A DNA stretch of 64,000 nt from contig OZ024766.1 of NCBI GenBank assembly GCA_964016885.1, positions 1,054,001-1,118,000 on the forward strand, in the 5' to 3' direction. The notes under the pieces were generated by a model. The model did no database searches and was not told where the DNA came from. It was given only the letters and a program-made list of their open reading frames with translations. Numbering within the stretch: position 1 is the first letter of the stretch; the number at the start of each line of letters is the position of its first letter. Below are positions 39,075 through 53,253 of this stretch, piece by piece. Source of the DNA: Eledone cirrhosa (lineage: Eukaryota). Made by a program: the position numbers and the translations under genes.

Positions 39075-41535
39075 ACCTGCTGAAGGCGACAGATGAAATC
39101 TGTGGCTGGAGTAGACCTATAGGCAGGAGGAGAGTAACTTGGTGATGGAACAGTGAGGTGGAAGAGACAATCAAGGCCAAAAAGCAGGCTTGGAAAGTAT
39201 GGCGGGATGGAGGAAGTAGAGAACACTATTAAGTGGCCAAGAGAGAAGCTAGGAGACAAGTGTACTTTGCAAGAAGGGAAGCAGAGGATAGAAAGTTCAA
39301 GCATGTTCTACAACGCAAGGACCAAAAACGTCAGGTGTTCAGCATTGCAAGACAATGTGTCAAGGAAAACCGTGATATTGTTGGGAAGAAGTGTGTCCGT
39401 AATGATGATGGTATACTTGCCCTCACTGATACTGATAAGAAGGTAGCTTGGAAGTGTCACTACGAGAGGCTACTAAATGAGGAGAATAAATGGGAAAAAG
39501 ATAGTCTGCCCCAAATCGATCCAATAGAGGGACCAGCGGTGCAAGTTAAAGGTAGTATAATAAGTAAGGCAATCAAAGATATGAAGACAGGCAAGGCAGC
39601 TGGGCCTTCGGAGATAGTTGCTGGGATGTTGAAAACATCTGGAATGGTGGGACACACTATGGTCACCCGGATAGTAAACCAAGTAATACAGAATGGGGTC
39701 ATACCAAAGGACTAGCGTAGCAGCATCATCATTAACTGCTACAAGGATAAAGGAGATGCTCTAGATAGGGGAAACTATATAGGCACTAAGTTAGTTGACC
39801 AGGTCATTAAGGTCACAGAAAGAGTTATAGTGCAACTAATCAGAGAGCAAATTGATCTAGATGAAATGCAGTTCGGGTTTGTGTCAGGTAAAAGTACCAC
39901 AGATGCTCTTTTCCTTGTACGGCAACTACAGGAGAACTACCTAGCTAAAAGTAAACCCCTTATACTTAGCTTTTGTTGACTTGGAGAAAGCCTTTGACAG
40001 AGTCCTCTGCTCCATTATCTGGTGGGCCCTTAGAAAACTAGGTGTAGATGAATGGCTTGTGAGAGCTATACAAGCCATGTACAAAGAAACAGTCAGTAAG
40101 GTTATAATTAACAATGAATATAGTGAATAATTTAATGTAAAAGTTGGTGTTCATCAAGGCTCCGTCCTTAGCCCCCTCCTATTTATTATTGCCCTTCAAG
40201 CTATACAGAGGAGTTTAAGACCGGCTGCCCATGGGAACTTCTATACACAGATGATCTAACTCTCATAGCTGAATCTATGGCTGAACTAGAGAAGAAATTC
40301 CAAACATGGAAGCATGGCCTAGAATCAAAAGGCCTTAAAGTTAACTTGTCTAGGACTAAAGTTCTAGTATGTAGAAAGGAAAATAGGGCATAAGTGCCCT
40401 CTGGGAAATGGCCATGTTCAGTGTGTAGGAAATGAGTAGGTAGAAATTCCATTTTATGTCCCAAATGCAAACTATGGGTACATAAAAGATGTAGTGGGAT
40501 CACAGGTAAGCTATCTAAGAACGTAGATTTATATGTGGCTGATGCTCAGGTGCAATAAGTAGCAAGTGCCCACAGGATACTAGCTCCTTCTATTGCCCAG
40601 ATGGTTCTATAGAAATAGTGGACACTTTCTGTTACCTGGGTGACAAAATCAACAGTGGTGGCGGGTGCTCTGAAAGTACAGTAGCCAGAGTCAGAACGGG
40701 ATGGAAAAAGTTCAAAGAGCTTATACCGTTGTTGGCCATAAAAGGTTTCTCTCTAAAAATGAAAGGCAGATTGTATGATGCCTGTATACGAACAGCAATG
40801 CTACATGGCAGTGAGACATGGGCATTCTGTACGGAGGACCTGCGTAGACTGGAAAAGAATGAAGCATACATGTTCCATTGGATGTGTAATAGTAATATAC
40901 GTGAACGGCAAAACATAAATGAACTAAGTGAGAAATTAGGAATAAGAGGGATCAGATGCTGTTTACTTGAGAGAAGACTACGTTGGTATGGTCACGTAAT
41001 GCACATTACGGAGTAGATAGACCCAGAAAAACCTGGGACGATTTGATAAATTACGACCTTACACACTTACACCTCTCTAAGACAATGTCACTGGACCGAG
41101 ATCTTTGGCACCACACAGTAGACTCACCTTGCCTATGTATAAAGTGAAACCTACAGTCAGTAGGCACCTCTTAACCAAATATACACCCAAACCCACTATC
41201 CCTACTCCACCCTCCCACTTCCACCAACACCACCCTTTCTCTGTAAAGTTATGTTGGTACCACAACATCCAGTCTAAACTAATGTAGGTGTCACGACAAA
41301 AAAAAACACAGCCCACGCTGTAATGTGGCCATGTAGGTAACACGATAAAAAGTTCCCAGTTCCACACTGTAAATGTGGTTGGTGTTAGGAAGGGCATTCA
41401 ACCATAGAAAACCTGCCAGAAAGTCCTATACGAGCGAGACACGGTCACCCGACCAATCTTACCTCAAATGGGATAATTCCCGTCTAACCCATGCTAGCGT
41501 GGAAGATAGACATTAAACGATGATGATGATGATAT
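39075..41535 (+). mobile_element. degenerate RTE LINE (RT to 3' UTR)
   Basis: KTGKAAGP, QFGF, AFVDLEKAFD, GVHQGSVLSPLLF, LLYTDD, RRLRWYGHV; ends in aacccatgctagcgtggaagatagac..(GAT)n. Confidence 0.9.
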
Positions 41536-42129
41536 GTCTACATATATATGTGTATGTATGTTTATATAACCCATGCTAGAGTGGAAATGGACATTGAATG
41601 ATGTTGATGTATGTTTATATACCTGGAAGAAATTTGCCGTACTCTGATGTGAAGGGTTGATGTCCTCCACCAGGTTTAAACATTGCTTTTAGAAATCCCG
41701 TGTGTTAATATCGCGCTGCAGTCACTCCCTCGGGAAATACAGGGTTAGGGTAGGTTTAGGGTAAGGGTCAGGAAATACAAGTCCCTACCATACCGTACAT
41801 GATGGCAGCATCTCACTTTCAAGAATTGCCCCCACTTGACACTTTTTTCATTCATGGGTGTAATATGACATAAATACCCTCACCCTAAACCCTAAACCCT
41901 AAACCCTAATTCAACGCATCAGTTACAGGCTGGATGAGGTCACCCTGGCAGGTCTTGATGATGACTTGAGGGCCCCCGTGGCAGTCAGGCCTCGCACCAG
42001 ATGGCTGGATGAGACCCGTGGCAGCCCCACCCCACTTCGTGCATGACTGGATGTCATCAAAGAAGAACTCCAGAGGCCCAACATGACCTTGGAGGATGGA
42101 GAGAGGTTAGTACAGGACTGCCAGTGGGA

Positions 42130-45100
42130 CTGAGGGGGTGGTATCAGGCCACTAGTGGTGTAGGGTGCTGATGGAGGGCACTGAGGGGGTGGTATCAGGC
42201 CACTAGTGGTGTAGGGTGCTGATGGAGGGCACTGAGGGGGTGGTATCAGGCCACTAGTGGTGTAGGGTGCTGATGGAGGGCACTGAGGGGGTGGTATCAG
42301 GTCACTAGTGGTGTAGGGTGCTGATGGAGGGCACTGAGGGGGTGGTATCAGGTCACCAGTGGTGTAGGGTGCTGATAGAGGGCACTGAGGGGGTGGTATC
42401 AGGTCTCTAGTGGTGTAGGGTGCTGATGTAGGGCACTGAGGGGGTGGTATCAGGTCACTAGTGGTGTAGGGTGCTGATAGAGGGCACTGAGGGGGTGGTA
42501 TCAGGTCTCTAGTGGTGTAGGGTGCTGATGGAGGGCACTGAGGGGGTGGTATCAGGCCACTAGTGGTGTAGGGTGCTGATGGAGGGCACTGAGGGGGTGG
42601 TATCAGGTCACTAGTGGTGTAGGGTGCTGATAGAGGGCACTGAGGGGGTGGTATCAGGTCTCTAGTGGTGTAGGGTGCTGATGGAGGGCACTGAGGGGGT
42701 GGTATCAGGCCACTAGTGGTGTAGGGTGCTGATGGAGGGCACTGAGGGGGGTGGTATCAGGTCACTAGTGGTGTAGGGTGCTGATAGAGGGCACTGAGGG
42801 GGTGGTATCAGGTCTCTAGTGGTGTAGGGTGCTGATGGAGGGCACTGAGGGGGTGGTATCAGGCCACTAGTGGTGTAGGGTGCTGATGGAGGGCACTGAG
42901 GGGGTGGTATCAGGCCACTAGTGGTGTAGGGTGCTGATGGAGGGCACTGAGGGGGTGGTATCAGGCCACTAGTGGTGTAGGGTGCTGATGGAGGGCACTG
43001 AGGGGGTGGTATCAGGTCACTAGTGGTGTAGGGTGCTGATGGAGGGCACTGAGGGGGTAGTATCTGCCCCACCAGTGGTGTAGGGTGCTGATGGAGGGCA
43101 CTGAGGGGGTGGTATCAGGCCACTAGTGGTGTAGGGTGCTGATGGAGGGCACTGAGGGGGTGGTATCAGGTCACTAGTGGTATAGGGTGCTGATGGAGGG
43201 CACTGAGGGGGTGGTATCAGGCCACTAGTGGTATAGGGTGCTGATGGAGGGCACTGAGGGGGTGGTATCAGGCCACTAGTGGTGTAGGGTGCTGATGGAG
43301 GGCACTGAGGGGGTAGTATCAGGTCACTAGTGGTATAGGGTGCTGATGGAGGGCACTGAGGGGGTGGTATCAGGTCACTAGTGGTATAGGGTGCTGATGG
43401 AGGGCACTGAGGGGGTGGTATCAGGCCACTAGTGGTGTAGGGTGCTGATGGAGGGCACTGAGGGGGTGGTATCAGGCCACTAGTGGTATAGGGTGCTGAT
43501 GGAGGGCACTGAGGGGGTGGTATCAGACCACCAGTGGTGTAGGGTGCTGATGGAGGGCACTGAGGGGGTAGTATCTGCCCCACCAGTGGTGTAGGGTGCT
43601 GATGGAGGGCACTGAGGGGGTGGTATCAGGCCACTAGTGGTGTAGGGTGCTGATGGAGGGCACTGAGGGGGTGGTATCAGGTCACTAGTGGTGTAGGGTG
43701 CTGATGGAGGGCACTGAGGGGGTGGTATCAGACCACCAGTGGTGTAGGGTGCTGATGGAGGGCACTGAGGGGGTAGTATCTGCCCCACCAGTGGTATAGG
43801 GTGCTGATGGAGGGCACTGAGGGGGTGGTATAAGACCACCAGTGGTGTAGGGTGCTGATGGAGGGCACTGAGGGGGTGGTATCAGGTCACTAGTGGTGTA
43901 GGGTGCTGATGGAGGGCACTGAGGGGGTGGTATCAGACCACTAGTGGTGTAGGGTGCTGATGGAGGGCACTGAGGGGGTGGTATCAGGTCACCAGTGGTA
44001 TAGGGTGCTGATGGAGGGCACTGAGGGGGTGGTATCAGGTTACTAGTGGTGTAGGGTGCTGATGGAGGGCACTGAGGGGGTGGTATCAGGTCACTAGTGG
44101 TGTAGGGTGCTGATGGAGGGCACTGATGGGGTGGTATCAGACCACTAGTGGTGTAGGGTGCTGATGGAGGGCACTGAGGGGGTGGTATCAGGTCACCAGT
44201 GGTATAGGGTGCTGATGGAGGGCACTGAGGGGGTGGTATCAGGTTACTAGTGGTGTAGGGTGCTGATGGAGGGCACTGAGGGGGTGGTATCAGGTCACTA
44301 GTGGTGTAGGGTGCTGATGGAGGGCACTGAGGGGGTGGTATCAGACCACTAGTGGTGTAGGGTGCTGATGGAGGGCACTGAGGGGTGGTATCAGGTCACT
44401 AGTGGTGTAGGGTGCTGATGGAGGGCACTGAGGGGGTGGTATAAGACCACTAGTGGTGTAGGGTGCTGATGGAGGGCACTGAGGGGGTGGTATCAGACCA
44501 CCAGTGGTGTAGGGTGCTGATGGAGGGCACAGAGGGGGTGGTATCAGGCCACTAGTGGTGTAGGGTGCTGATGGAGGGCACTGAGGGGGTGGTATCAGAC
44601 CACTAGTGGTATAGGGTGCTGATGGAGGGCACTGAGGGGGTGGTATCAGGCCACTAGTGGTATAGGGTGCTGATGGAGGGCACTGAGGGGGTGGTATCAG
44701 GCCACTAGTGGTGTAGGGTGCTGATGGAGGGCACTGAGGGGTGGTATCAGGTCACTAGTGGTGTAGGGTGCTGATGGAGGGCACTGAGGGGGTCGTATCA
44801 GGTCACCAGTGGTGTAGGGTGCTGATGGAGGGCACTGAGGGGGTGGTATCAGGCCACTAGTGGTATAGGGTGCTGATGGAGGGCACTGAGGGGGTGGTAT
44901 CAGGCCACTAGTGGTGTAGGGTGCTGATGGAGGGCACTGAGGGGGTGGTATCAGGTCACTAATGGTGTAGGGTGCTGATGGAGGGCACTGAGGGGGTGGT
45001 ATCAGACCACCAGTGGTGTAGGGTGCTGATGGAGGGCACTGAGGGGGTGGTATCAGGTCACTAGTGGTGTAGGGTGCTGATGGAGGGCGCTGAGGGGGTG

Positions 45101-46280
45101 GTATCAGGTCACTAGTGGTGTAGGGTGCTGATGGAGGGCACTGAGGGGGTGGTATCAGGTCACTAGTGGTATAGGGTGCTGATGGAGGGCACTGAGGGGG
45201 TGGTATCAGACCACTAGTGGTGTAGGGTGCTGATGGAGGGCACTGAGGGGGTGGTATCAGGTCTCTAGTGGTGTAGGGTGCTGATGGAGGGCACTGAGGG
45301 GTGGTATCAGGTCACTAGTGGTGTAGGGTGCTGATGGAGGGCACTGTGGGGGTGGTATCAGACCACCAGTGGTGTAGGGTGCTGATGGAGGGCACTGAGG
45401 GGGTGGTATCAGACCACCAGTGGTGTAGGGTGCTGATGGAGGGCACTGAGGGGGTGGTATCAGACCACTAGTGGTATAGGGTGCTGATGGAGGGCACTGA
45501 GGGGGTGGTATCAGGTCACCAGTGGTGTAGGGTGCTGATGGAGGGCACTGAGGGGGTGGTATCAGGCCACTAGTGGTGTAGGGTGCTGATGGAGGGCACT
45601 GAGGGGGTGGTATCAGACCACTAGTGGTATAGGGTGCTGATGGAGGGCACTGAGGGGGTGGTATCAGGTCACCAGTGGTGTAGGGTGCTGATGGAGGGCA
45701 CTGAGGGGGTGGTATCAGGCCACTAGTGGTATAGGGTGCTGATGGAGGGCACTGAGGGGGTGGTATCAGACCACCAGTGGTGTAGGGTGCTGATGGAGGG
45801 CACTGAGGGGGTGGTATCAGGCCACTAGTGGTATAGGGTGCTGATGGAGGGCACTGAGGGGGTGGTATCAGGCCACTAGTGGTGTAGGGTGCTGATGGAG
45901 GGCGCTGAGGGGGTGGTATCAGGCCACTAGTGGTGTAGGGTGCTGATGGAGGGCACAGAGGGGGTGGTATCAGCCCACTAGTGGTATAGGGTGCTGATGG
46001 AGGGCACTGAGGGGGTGGTATCAGGCCACTAGCGGTATAGGGTGCTGATGGAGGGCACTGAGGGGGTGGTATCTGCCCCACCAGTGGTATAGGGTGCTGA
46101 TGGAGGGCACTGAGGGGGTGGTATCTGCCCCACCAGTGGTGTAGGGAGCTGATGGAGGGCCCTGACAGGGTGGTATCGTCCCCACCAGTGGTGGAAGGCA
46201 CTGAGGCGGATCATATCGGCCCCACCAGTGGTGGAGGGTGCTGATGGAGGGCACTGAGGGGGTGGTATCGGCCCCACCAG
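42130..46280. repeat. 51-bp G-rich minisatellite, about 80 copies
   Basis: gagggggtggtatcaggccactagtggtgtagggtgctgatggagggcact. Confidence 0.97.
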
Positions 46281-47279
46281 TTCCCTCAATTGCTGGTCAG
46301 CGCTACACACAATGGTATCTCGAGCATCATTCTCCTACGATGACCCCAGTCTCATCAAGCAAGAAGGGCAGTGCCCTTCCTAACAGCAACCACTTTACAG
46401 AGTGTACTGGGTGCTTTTGTCATGGAGAGCCCGATCTTTTTTGGCATGGGTTCTACACTTGAAAGCCCTTAGTAACCCCAACATTTCAGGGTTTCCTGGA
46501 GATGGTGGTGGTGTATATAGAGGTGTATATAGATGTGTGTAAATAGATGTGTATATAGATGTGTGTATAGATGTGTGTATAGATGTGTGTATAGATGTGT
46601 GTATAGAGGTGTATATAGATGTGTGTAAATAGATGTGTATATATAGATGTGTGTATATAGATGTGTATATAGATGTGTGTATATAGATGTGTGTATATAG
46701 AGGTGTATATAGATGTGTGTAAATAGATGTGTATATACAGATGTGTGTATATAGATGTGTGTATATAGATGTGTAAATAGATGTGTATATATAGATGTGT
46801 GTATATAGATGTGTGTATATAGATGTGTGTATATAGATGTGTGTATATAGAGGTGTATATAGATGTGTGTATAGATGTGTATATAGATGTGTGTATATAG
46901 ATGTGTATATAGATGTGTATATAGATGTGTGTATATAGATGTGTTTATAGATGTGTTTATAGATGTGTATATATAGATGTGTGTATATAGATGTGTGTAT
47001 ATAGAGGTGTATACAGATGTGTATATAGGTGTGTATATAGAGGTGTATATAGGTGTGTATATAGAGGTGTATACAGATGTGTATATAGATGTGTGTATAT
47101 AGATGTGTGTATATAGATGTGCGTATATATGTATATATAGAGGTGTGTATATACTTAAGAAGGCAAAAAAAAAAATATATATATATATGCGTGAAGCTGT
47201 ATATAAAATAATGTAAAATAAGTGTGTTCGCAATCTTTAAATCAGTTTGTGCAAAATGTCAAAAATATATAAAATGTTG

Positions 47280-47325
<46 letters not shown>

Positions 47326-47515
47326 GTATATATATATATATATGTATACACACATATGTATATATACATATGTATACATATGTATATATATATATGTATA
47401 TATAAGTATATATATGTGTGAGCATATATGTATATATATACATACATATTTATATTTGAGTGGGTATATATATATAAAATATAAAAGATATCAAACGAGA
47501 AAAAAATTTATTATT

Positions 47516-47552
<37 letters not shown>

Positions 47553-47653
47553 GCATATACACATATATACACACACACACACACATAAATATATATATAT
47601 ATATATATACATATTTATATAGATGCACATCCACACACATATATATATATATT

Positions 47654-47688
<35 letters not shown>

Positions 47689-47695
47689 ATTGATG

Positions 47696-47743
<48 letters not shown>

Positions 47744-48172
47744 GTAGTAAACGTGTTGATAATGAAATTGAAATAATGAAAAAATATATATATATAGAAA
47801 AGATGGTGCCGTAAGGTTGCTGAAGAGGGAGAAGAAGACGAAATGTAGCAAGAGGACGATAAATAGATGAAGAAGAAGATCAGAAAAAGATGTGAATCAA
47901 TCTTAGGAAAAAATTAGATTAAAAAAATGGATCGAGATTTAGGCACAAGTCTCGCAAGTCTCGGCTGTGATGTGACAGGGTGGGGCCAAAAGTCGGTTAA
48001 ATCGAACCCAGTACATTACTAGTACTTTATTTTATCGACACCCCGTGTAAGAATAAGGGTGAAAGGCAAAGCTAATCTCGGTGGGATTTGAACTCAGAAA
48101 GACGGAACAAATACCATAAAGCATTCTTTCTGATGTTCTAACAACTCTGACAATTCAGCTTATATATAGAAA

Positions 48173-48208
<36 letters not shown>

Positions 48209-48416
48209 CGTTTCTGAATTTGTTTAGCAAGATTCTTTATCTGAAATCGTGTGTTGAAACCGATATTGTTATACTTTGGGAGGGTCATGTTGCCAATAAG
48301 AAACACACGCACCTGTTGCTTTCACTTCAGTTTATTATACATTTATAAATTTACAAATTTATAAATTTATAAATTTCTGGTTGGTTGGTTCCACAACCAG
48401 ATAGTTGTTTATATAT

Positions 48417-48461
48417 AGTCATAGTCCTTTCGTCACACACTCTGTGACCTCTTCGGTGACT
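48417..48461 (-). ncRNA. hammerhead motif (family E), core U4>C
   Basis: AGTCA-CCGAAGA-G-GTCACA-GAGTG-TGTGAC-GAAA-G-GA-C-TA-TGACT. Confidence 0.65.
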
Positions 48462-48611
48462 GGGGATTCCTTTCTTTGTCTCCGTGCCTCTCCTTTGTTC
48501 TGTCCTACGCCATTTTGTTTCTGACACAGAAACAAAATGGCGTAGGACAGAACAAAGGAGAAGCAACTGGTGCGTGTGTTTCTTATTGGCAACATGACCC
48601 TCCCAAAGTAT

Positions 48612-48652
<41 letters not shown>

Positions 48653-48979
48653 TACATATATATATACCTCGGCGGGATTTGAACTCAGATTATAAAGGGA
48701 CGTAACTCTATGCTGCGAAGCATGTTGTCCGACCCCTTACCGAATTGATTCTACATTGCCAATGATAGGGCAAAGCTGAGGATGGCTTTGCCTTTTGCCC
48801 CTACAGGGGTTGATAAAATAGCATACCGCTAATACAGTGGGGTCGATTTAATCAACTTTTCCCACTTCTAACATTGTCTGCCCTGTGCCTATATCTTTAG
48901 AGAGAGAGAATAAGAGAGAGAGAGAAAAAGAGAAAGTATATATTCCAAGAAAAAGAAAAAAGATATTTGAATAAAAAAA

Positions 48980-49105
<126 letters not shown>

Positions 49106-49113
49106 ATATATAT

Positions 49114-49145
<32 letters not shown>

Positions 49146-49149
49146 ATAT

Positions 49150-49181
<32 letters not shown>

Positions 49182-49202
49182 ATATATATATATATAATAT
49201 AT

Positions 49203-49248
<46 letters not shown>

Positions 49249-49347
49249 GATCAATATATATATATAGATCAATATATATATATATATACATACATATATA
49301 TATATACACATAAACATATATATATATATATATATATATACATATCA

Positions 49348-49429
49348 TTGGGTCGTCAAGTATGAAATTTGTAGACATTTGTAGAAAAAAAAAACCAAAT
49401 TTCTACAAATTTCATATTTGACGACCCAA
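49348..49429. mobile_element. Tc1/mariner-like mini-MITE
   Basis: 27-bp inverted repeat ttgggtcgtcaa.tatgaaatttgtaga / tctacaaatttcatatttgacgacccaa in a TA context. Confidence 0.6.
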
Positions 49430-49453
49430 CATATATATATATATTATACATAC

Positions 49454-49489
<36 letters not shown>

Positions 49490-49848
49490 GAGCGAGAGAG
49501 AGAGAGTGTGCATATAGTGGTAACTGTTTTATATGAGGACTCACTCTTCGTCCAGTCGATGTCTTATGAACAGCCTGAAATGAAGAACATGGCAAGAAGA
49601 TCATACAGGGTAACAGCCATGACTGATAGTAGCAGCAGCAGCAGCAGTGGTAGTAGTAGTAGTAGCAGTGGTGGTAGTAGTAGTAGTAGAAGGAGTAGTG
49701 GTAGGAGTAGTAGTGGTAGGAGTAGTAGTGGTAGGAGTAGTAGTGGTAGGAGTAGGAGTGGTAGGAGTAGTGGTAGTAGTAGTAGTAGTAGTAGCAGCAA
49801 TACTGGTAGTAGTGATGGTAATAGTAGTCGTCAATATACTATATAATT

Positions 49849-50410
49849 GTCTGATAAAAAGTTATTGAATGTCTGATAAAAAGTCATTGAATGTCTGATA
49901 TAAAGTCATTGAATGTCTGATAAAAAGTTATTGAATGTCTGATATAAAGCCATTGAATGTCTGATATAAAGCCATTGAATGTCTGATATAAAGTCATTGA
50001 ATGTCTGATATAAAGTCATTGAATGTCTGATATAAAGTCATTGAATGTCTGATATAAAGCCATTGAATGTCTGATATAAAGTCATTGAATGTCTGATATA
50101 AAGCCATTGAATGTCTGATATAAAGTCATTGAATGTCTGATATAGTCATTGAATGTCTGATAAAAAGTCATTGAATGTCTGATATAAAGCCATTGAATGT
50201 CTGATAAAAAGTCATTGAATGTCTGATATAAAGTCATTGAATGTCTGATATAAAGTCATTGAATGTCTGATATAAAGCCATTGAATGTCTGATATAAAGC
50301 CATTGAATGTCTGATATAAAGCCATTGAATGTCTGATATAAAGTCATTGAATGTCTGATAAAAAGTCATTGAATGTCTGATATAAAGTCATTGAATGTCT
50401 GATAAAAAGT
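49849..50410. repeat. 22-bp minisatellite, about 25 copies
   Basis: gtctgatataaagtcattgaat. Confidence 0.95.
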
Positions 50411-50469
50411 CTTCATGCCACATTCTTGTGGTGGTAGTAGTAGTAGTAGTAGTAGGAATGATGGTGGTA

Positions 50470-50850
50470 GAAGAAGAAGAAGAAGAAGAAGAAGAAGAAG
50501 AAGAAGAAGAAGAAGAAGAAGGCGAAGAAGAAGACGAAGAAGAAGAAAAGAAGAAAAGAAGAAGAAAAGAAGAAAAGAAAAGAAGAAGAAGAAGAAGAAG
50601 AAGAAGAAGAAGAAGAAGAAGAAGAAGAAGAAGAAGACGAACAAGATGGCGAAGAAGAAGAAGACGAACAAGATGGCGAAGAAGAAGAAGAAGAAGAAGA
50701 AGAAGAAGAAGAAGAAGACGAACAAGAAGGCAAAGAAGAAGAAGAAGAAGAAGAAGAAGAAGACGAACAAGAAGGCAAAGAAGAAGAAGAAGAAGAAGAC
50801 GAACAAGAAGAAGAAGAAGAAGAAGACGAACAAGAAGGCAAAGAAGAAGA
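50470..50850. repeat. (GAA)n-derived microsatellite (similar array at 34924-35140)
   Basis: GAA triplets with GGCAAA/GACGAAC interruptions. Confidence 0.9.
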
Positions 50851-51649
50851 TGAATTTAATTAACTAAAAATAACAACAACATTAATATAAAGTTTAATGA
50901 AATATTTTAGTTCATGATAAGACTGGGAATGACATAAGTCTACCTTGGTTTATTATAGGAGAAGTACACATTCTTTGAAAAGGGTTGGGATAGAATAAGA
51001 CAAGGGAGGTAATTATTACATAAGACAAGGGAGGTAATTATTACATGAGTGGGAGAGGCTAATATAATAGTAATTATCCCAGTGTATTACTGGTACTTTA
51101 TTTTATCGACCTCGTAAGGATGAAAGGCAAAGTTAACCTCGGCGGGATTTGAACCCATAACGTAAAGGGCTGTAACTCCATGCTTCGAAGCATGGCGTCC
51201 GATCTTCTGATTCAGGCACAAGGCCAACAATTTTTGGGGGGTGGAGGAAAGTCAATTAAATCGACCCCAGTGTGTCACTGGTACTTTGTTTTATCGACCC
51301 CGTAAGGATGAAAGGCAAAGTTAACCTCGGTGGAATTTGAACTCAGAACACAACACACATCCCAGTCTAGGAATCGAACTCACAACCTCAAGATTACAAG
51401 ACCAATGTTCTAACCACCAAGTCATGCACATTCACAATAATATAGCCTCCTTTATATATCTAAAGTCTAAAGTTTGTCTCAAGACTTTCCTCCCTAGACA
51501 GGACACCAGTCCATCGTAGGGTTAAACCCCCAGATATTCTTGGTACTTATTTTCAGTTGTGTAAACTGTAGCAACGTGAAATGAAGTGTCTTGCTCAAGG
51601 ACACAACACACAACCCCAACCAAGGAATTGAATGCACATTATGATGGCA

Positions 51650-52471
51650 TTTAAAACTTTAGCAGAATTCTCTCACCACTTTCTGTTCAAACCGGCCATA
51701 ACTGGCTGCTCATACTTATGTTAAGGTATTGTTTTCAAAATAGATAATATCAAAATCTCATAGATTCAATATTATGTGAGGTGAAGTGTTTACTGCAGAA
51801 ATATAGTAGTAAATATAGAGTAATGTAAATGTTATGTGAGATATTATGGTAAAGCCTTTACTGTGAAAATACAATAGTAAATATAGAGTAATGTAAATGT
51901 TATGTGAGATATTATGTGAGGTAAAGTCTTTACTGTGAAAATACAATAGTATATATAGAGTAATGTAAATGTTATGTGAGATATTATGTGAGGTAAAGCC
52001 TTTACTGTGAAAATACAATAGTAAATATAGAGTAATGTAAATGTTATGTGAGATATTATGTGAGGTAAAGCCTTTACTGTGAAAATACAATAGTATATAT
52101 AGAGTAATGTAAATGTTATGCGAGATATTATGTGAGGTAAAGTCTTTACTGTGAAAATACAATAGTATATATAGAGTAATGTAAATGTTATGTGAGATAT
52201 TATGTGAGGTAAAGCCTTTACTGTGAAAATATAATAGTATATATAGAGTAATGTAAATGTTATGCGAGATATTATGTGAGGTAAAGTCTTTACTGTGAAA
52301 ATACAATAGTATATATAGAGTAATGTAAATGTTATGTGAGATATTATGTGAGGTAAAGCCTTTACTGTGAAAATACAATAGTATATATAGTGTAATGTAG
52401 ATGTTATTGAGGTAAAGCCTTTACTGTGAAAATACTATAGTATATAGAGTAATGTAAATTCTAAAGGGGTA
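51650..52471. mobile_element. same piggyBac-like MITE family, about 9-10 internal units (partials at 7099-7500, 16355-16415, 17354-17536)
   Basis: shared body and 72-bp unit gtaaagcctttactgtgaaaatacaatagtatatatagagtaatgtaaatgttatgtgagatattatgtgag. Confidence 0.75.
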
Positions 52472-53142
52472 AAGTAAGTTTTTATTTGTGGTTTGACAGC
52501 TTTCATTAATGATATTGAGAATATTTGAGGAAGAAAATTTTTATATTTTCCATTACTGAAACTATCTGTCTGTCAGTCACAACTCCTAGAAGAAGAAAGG
52601 AGCTGATCATCAGAGCCAACCAAGGAAACATTATTACTGATACTATCTGTCAACTCCTAGAAGAAGAAAGGAACTGATTATCAGAGCCAACCAAGGAAAC
52701 AATGTGTCCATTGGTCTTTCCATTGTTGATACTATCTGTCAGACATCAAATATGTATATTTTCTATCTGGGCTGTGTTCATTATTGGCTCATGGGAGGAA
52801 GGGATCCTGCCTAGAATCTACAAAAAACAGCACAGCTTTGTCCCTGGCGCTCCACCAAATCCATTTTGCTACCCTTTCAATGCCAAAAATATTGACAGCT
52901 CCATAGCCTCAGCCATAACTCTGTCTTAATAGAATCAAAGAGTGTGGGGTAGGAGGTAGTGCCATTATTCTACATATACAAATATTACAGTACACACACA
53001 TATACATATATGTGTGTGTGTGTGTCTGTGTGTGTATATATATATATATATATAGATATGTGTATATATATATATATATAAGTATATGTATAAGTATATA
53101 TATATATAAAGATATGTGTATCTGTATATATGTATATATATA

Positions 53143-53219
<77 letters not shown>

Positions 53220-53222
53220 CTG

Positions 53223-53253
<31 letters not shown>

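Noticed and set aside
42713-46201. Pro-rich repeat protein ORFs (PPPQCPPSAPYTTSGLI)n
   Set aside because: The frame is broken by single-base indels and there are no splice signals; explained by a 51-bp minisatellite.
47817-47851. Hammerhead-like CTGAAGA...GAAA
   Set aside because: No helix II can form (purine-only spacer).
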